From Candidatus Saccharimonadota bacterium (GTDB lineage: Bacteria; Pseudomonadota; Alphaproteobacteria; CAJXXZ01; 1604HC): a stretch of 32,000 bases of DNA. A program made the translations under genes and the position numbers. The stretch is taken from positions 60,001-92,000 of the forward strand of contig NZ_CP043316.1 of assembly GCF_008189405.1 (NCBI RefSeq), given 5' to 3'. Below are positions 29,603 to 32,000 of this stretch, one piece after another; position 1 is the stretch's first letter, and the number at the start of each line of letters is the position of its first letter. The notes beneath the pieces were generated by a model. It made no database searches. It was given only the letters and a program-made list of their open reading frames with translations, and was not told where the DNA came from.

Positions 29603-29808
29603 GCAATTGATAGGAAGAAGCTAAGTTTATGAGTAGAATTTATACCCAATTGAATAGAAAGCGACTGAATTTTGATCAGATTGAAAGCTTTGCTCGATAT
29701 GCATTTATGCTATTTTTTATGATAAAACATCAGTTAGTTTATTTAAAAGTGAGAATTCACTTATAAAGGAAAAACAATACTTTATTACTCTATATAAACA
29801 AGCCATAT
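29603..29808 (+). pseudogene. Eroded, deletion-riddled copy of an internal dnaE segment, inverted relative to the intact dnaE
   Basis: Colinear blocks match the reverse complement of dnaE. 29603-29621 gcaattgataggaagaagc matches gcaattggtaagaagaagc (dnaE 31229-31211). 29625-29647 gtttatgagtagaatttataccc matches gtttgtgagtagaatttgtagtc. 29658-29707 matches dnaE 31139-31088 at 45 of 50 aligned bases with one 2-nt gap (hand count). 29775-29808 caatactttattactctatataaacaagccatat matches caatactttattaccagatataaataaatcacat (dnaE 30931-30898). A short frame in this region still reads FDQIESFARYAF, as in the intact protein. Confidence 0.75.
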
Positions 29809-30053
29809 TCATTTGAGTTATTGATATAAATTATGCTTTTAATGATGATATCAAGTATGTAGATTAAAACCACTTTAATAAACTTTATATGGCCAATATA
29901 CAATTTTTATTTTGCTTTTATAATTATATATATAGTGACTAAGTTATGTTTATATATAGTGAGTTGTATTAATATGCTTTTATAATAATATGTTCAAATA
30001 AAACAGTTAAATTCATATATCTGCATGTATAATTGATTTATGCGTTTATATTA

Positions 30054-32000
30054 TTAAATCTTCCAATTGAATTCTGATATTTTATTTAAAACATCTTCAG
30101 ATAAATTTATTTTCCCAACAATTATAGGATTTTCTTGTGAGAAATGCAGCATTACTTTAGTGCCTTTGCTTTGTGTCAAATCATCTTGTATGGTTTTATA
30201 TAAACTTAGTAAATTAGCCTTATTATCGATTGTAAATATAATTTGCTCTATTGTTAATAAAAATTGTTCAAATGATTGTACAGTATTAGAAATGATGAAT
30301 TTTGCTTTATCTTCTCCAGTAATACAAATTTTTTGATTAACAAATTTTGATAGTGAATCCTGTTTTTCTCTTGAAATAAAACGCCAAATACCAAATGGAT
30401 CTGATGCTATACAAATTGAATATGCATCTCCGTTTGGGCTTTTTTTGCTAATTACTTTTTCTAATTTACCAATTCCAGTAATATGCTCTTCTTTGCTTTC
30501 TCGTTGAGAAATCCATTCTATATTCATTTTTCTTGTGTCTAATTTTGATAATGGATGCCCTGTAATATATATTCCTAATGCTTCATATTCATATTGAGAT
30601 TTTGTTTCTTCATCCCACTCTTCTGCTTGTTCATTAGTTTCAAATAACAATGCAGGAGATTGGTAATCTTTATTTCTTTTTTCCCATACTAATGCTCGAT
30701 TTTTTTCTAATGAATCAAATGCTCCAGATTTGATTAAATTTTCTAGAGATTTCTTACTAATACTAGTTCTTTTAAAAAAATCATCAATATTATGAAATGG
30801 TTTATTTGCAATAATATTTTTTATACAGTTAATGCTTACATTCTTTATAGCACTAAGTCCGAATCTAATCTCCTTACCTTCTATTGTAAAAATTTCATGT
30901 GATTTATTTATATCTGGTAATAAAGTATTGATTTTCATTCTTTTACCTTCATAAATAAATTCTGCTAATTTTTCTGTATTGTTTTTTTCTAATATCATTG
31001 AAGATACGATGAACTGTATAGGGTGATTCGCTTTTAAATAAGCTGATTGATATCCTATTAACGCGTAAGGAGTAGCGTGAGCTTTAACAAACGCGTATCG
31101 AGCAAAACTTTCAATTTGATCAAATAATTCAGTCGCTTTTTCTTCATTTGATTTCATTTGACTACAAATTCTACTCACAAACTCCGATTTTAGCTTTTTC
31201 ATCTCTTCTGGCTTCTTCTTACCAATTGCTCTTCTCATTAGATCAGCCTCTTGCATTGAATATCCAGCCATATTTCGAGCAATTTCTAGTACTTGTTCTT
31301 GATATACTAATACACCATAAGTTGATTTTAGTGTTGCTTCCATTTCAGGAAACAGATAGTTTATTGGTAGAACTCCATGTTTTCGCTTGATGAAAGTAGG
31401 GATGTTTTCCATTGGTCCAGGCCTATATAGTGATATGACAGCAATTAAGTCTTCAAACACCTCTGGTTTTAATCCAACCACAGCTTCAGTCATTCCCTTA
31501 CTTTCAAATTGGAAAATTCCTACAGTATGCCCATTTCGGAATATATTTAGAGTATGGTCATCATCTATTGGTATATTATTTATATCAAAATCAGGGTGGT
31601 TGTTTTTGACTAGTTTTTCTGTATCACTAATTATTGTTAATGCAGTTAATCCTAGCAAATCGAATTTTACTAATCCAGCATCTTCAATATGGTTCAAAGA
31701 AAATTGAGTGACAGTTAAGTTATGCTCTCTATATAGTGGCAAGTAGTTATATAATGGCTCCTTACCAATCACAATTCCTGCCGCATGTATCGAGGCATGC
31801 CTATGTAATCCCTCAATTTTTAAGCTGAGCTCAAACATTTTTTTGACTCCATCATTTTGTTGCATTTCTTGATCTAAGTCATCATTGTTTTCCATGAATT
31901 TATTTAAGCTTAGGTTTGTTCCTTGAATCACAGGAATTGCTTTTGAGTATCTATCAACAACAGGGTAGGGTACTTGCAAGATTCGACCGACATCCCTTAA
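30054..32000 (-). CDS. dnaE: DNA polymerase III alpha subunit, C-terminal about 648 codons (the 5' part lies beyond the right edge)
   Basis: The frame is open to the window end (LRDVGRILQVPYPVVDRYSKAIP). Motifs HAAGIVI, FDLLGLTALT, GIFQFES, LYRPGPM, VLVYQEQV and FARYAFVKAHATPYAL, plus an OB-fold-like C-terminus. Confidence 0.92.
   Translation of the reverse strand, partial: LRDVGRILQVPYPVVDRYSKAIPVIQGTNLSLNKFMENNDDLDQEMQQNDGVKKMFELSLKIEGLHRHASIHAAGIVIGKEPLYNYLPLYREHNLTVTQFSLNHIEDAGLVKFDLLGLTALTIISDTEKLVKNNHPDFDINNIPIDDDHTLNIFRNGHTVGIFQFESKGMTEAVVGLKPEVFEDLIAVISLYRPGPMENIPTFIKRKHGVLPINYLFPEMEATLKSTYGVLVYQEQVLEIARNMAGYSMQEADLMRRAIGKKKPEEMKKLKSEFVSRICSQMKSNEEKATELFDQIESFARYAFVKAHATPYALIGYQSAYLKANHPIQFIVSSMILEKNNTEKLAEFIYEGKRMKINTLLPDINKSHEIFTIEGKEIRFGLSAIKNVSINCIKNIIANKPFHNIDDFFKRTSISKKSLENLIKSGAFDSLEKNRALVWEKRNKDYQSPALLFETNEQAEEWDEETKSQYEYEALGIYITGHPLSKLDTRKMNIEWISQRESKEEHITGIGKLEKVISKKSPNGDAYSICIASDPFGIWRFISREKQDSLSKFVNQKICITGEDKAKFIISNTVQSFEQFLLTIEQIIFTIDNKANLLSLYKTIQDDLTQSKGTKVMLHFSQENPIIVGKINLSEDVLNKISEFNWKI

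Noticed and set aside
29605-29645. Possible degenerate 5S rRNA (ggaagaagctaagtt ... tgagtagaa vaguely recalls the 5S segments gaagttaagc and gagagtagga)
   Set aside because: The same bases align far better, and colinearly, with the reverse complement of dnaE (gtttgtgagtagaatttgt). No helix I or overall 5S fold can be drawn.
29900-29995. Short direct repeats (tatatatagtga twice, tgcttttataat twice) that might suggest a CRISPR-like or tandem array
   Set aside because: There are only two copies each, of 12 nt, in near pure A/T sequence, with irregular spacing and no cas genes. This is low-complexity coincidence.
30067-31707. Plus-strand ORFs 30067-30336, 31148-31390 and 31387-31707
   Set aside because: They are antisense to dnaE, which has unambiguous Pol III alpha motifs.

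Overview
The window is visibly AT-rich and gene-dense. The 16S rRNA has alphaproteobacterial features (gaacgaacgctggcggc near the 5' end and a short gataatgacggta V3 region), and the overall style suggests a reduced, probably host-associated genome. I cannot name the taxon without a database search. Almost everything here is core information-processing. On the + strand it runs tRNA-Trp, secE, nusG, rplK, rplA, rplJ, rplL and a single fused rpoB-rpoC reading frame. After that come a secreted parvulin-like chaperone, an orphan ORF, map, radC and truA, then an RluA-family synthase on the - strand, then rlpA, tmk, a degenerate holB, metG and dcd. hup and rpsU lie on the - strand. They are followed by a 16S, tRNA-Ile, tRNA-Ala, 23S operon with no recognisable 5S, and then the 3' two thirds of dnaE on the - strand, running off the right edge. 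I found no transposase, integrase, CRISPR array, toxin-antitoxin pair or recognisable defence gene, and I see no complete novel multi-gene system inside the window. The best leads are these. (1) The left edge holds the start of a type VI secretion module (a SPOR-like membrane protein, a TssJ-like lipoprotein and a clear TssK N-terminus), placed divergently next to the ribosomal superoperon. (2) rpoB and rpoC are fused in frame. (3) The 23S-dnaE spacer, where 5S would be expected, holds an eroded, inverted copy of an internal dnaE segment. (4) NusG and L11 both carry unexplained N-terminal extensions, and the overlapping genes leave no room for the usual L11 and L10 operon leaders. (5) Several intergenic regions are unusually long. 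All coordinates and motifs come from reading the sequence by hand. Family assignments rest on remembered motifs, not searches.
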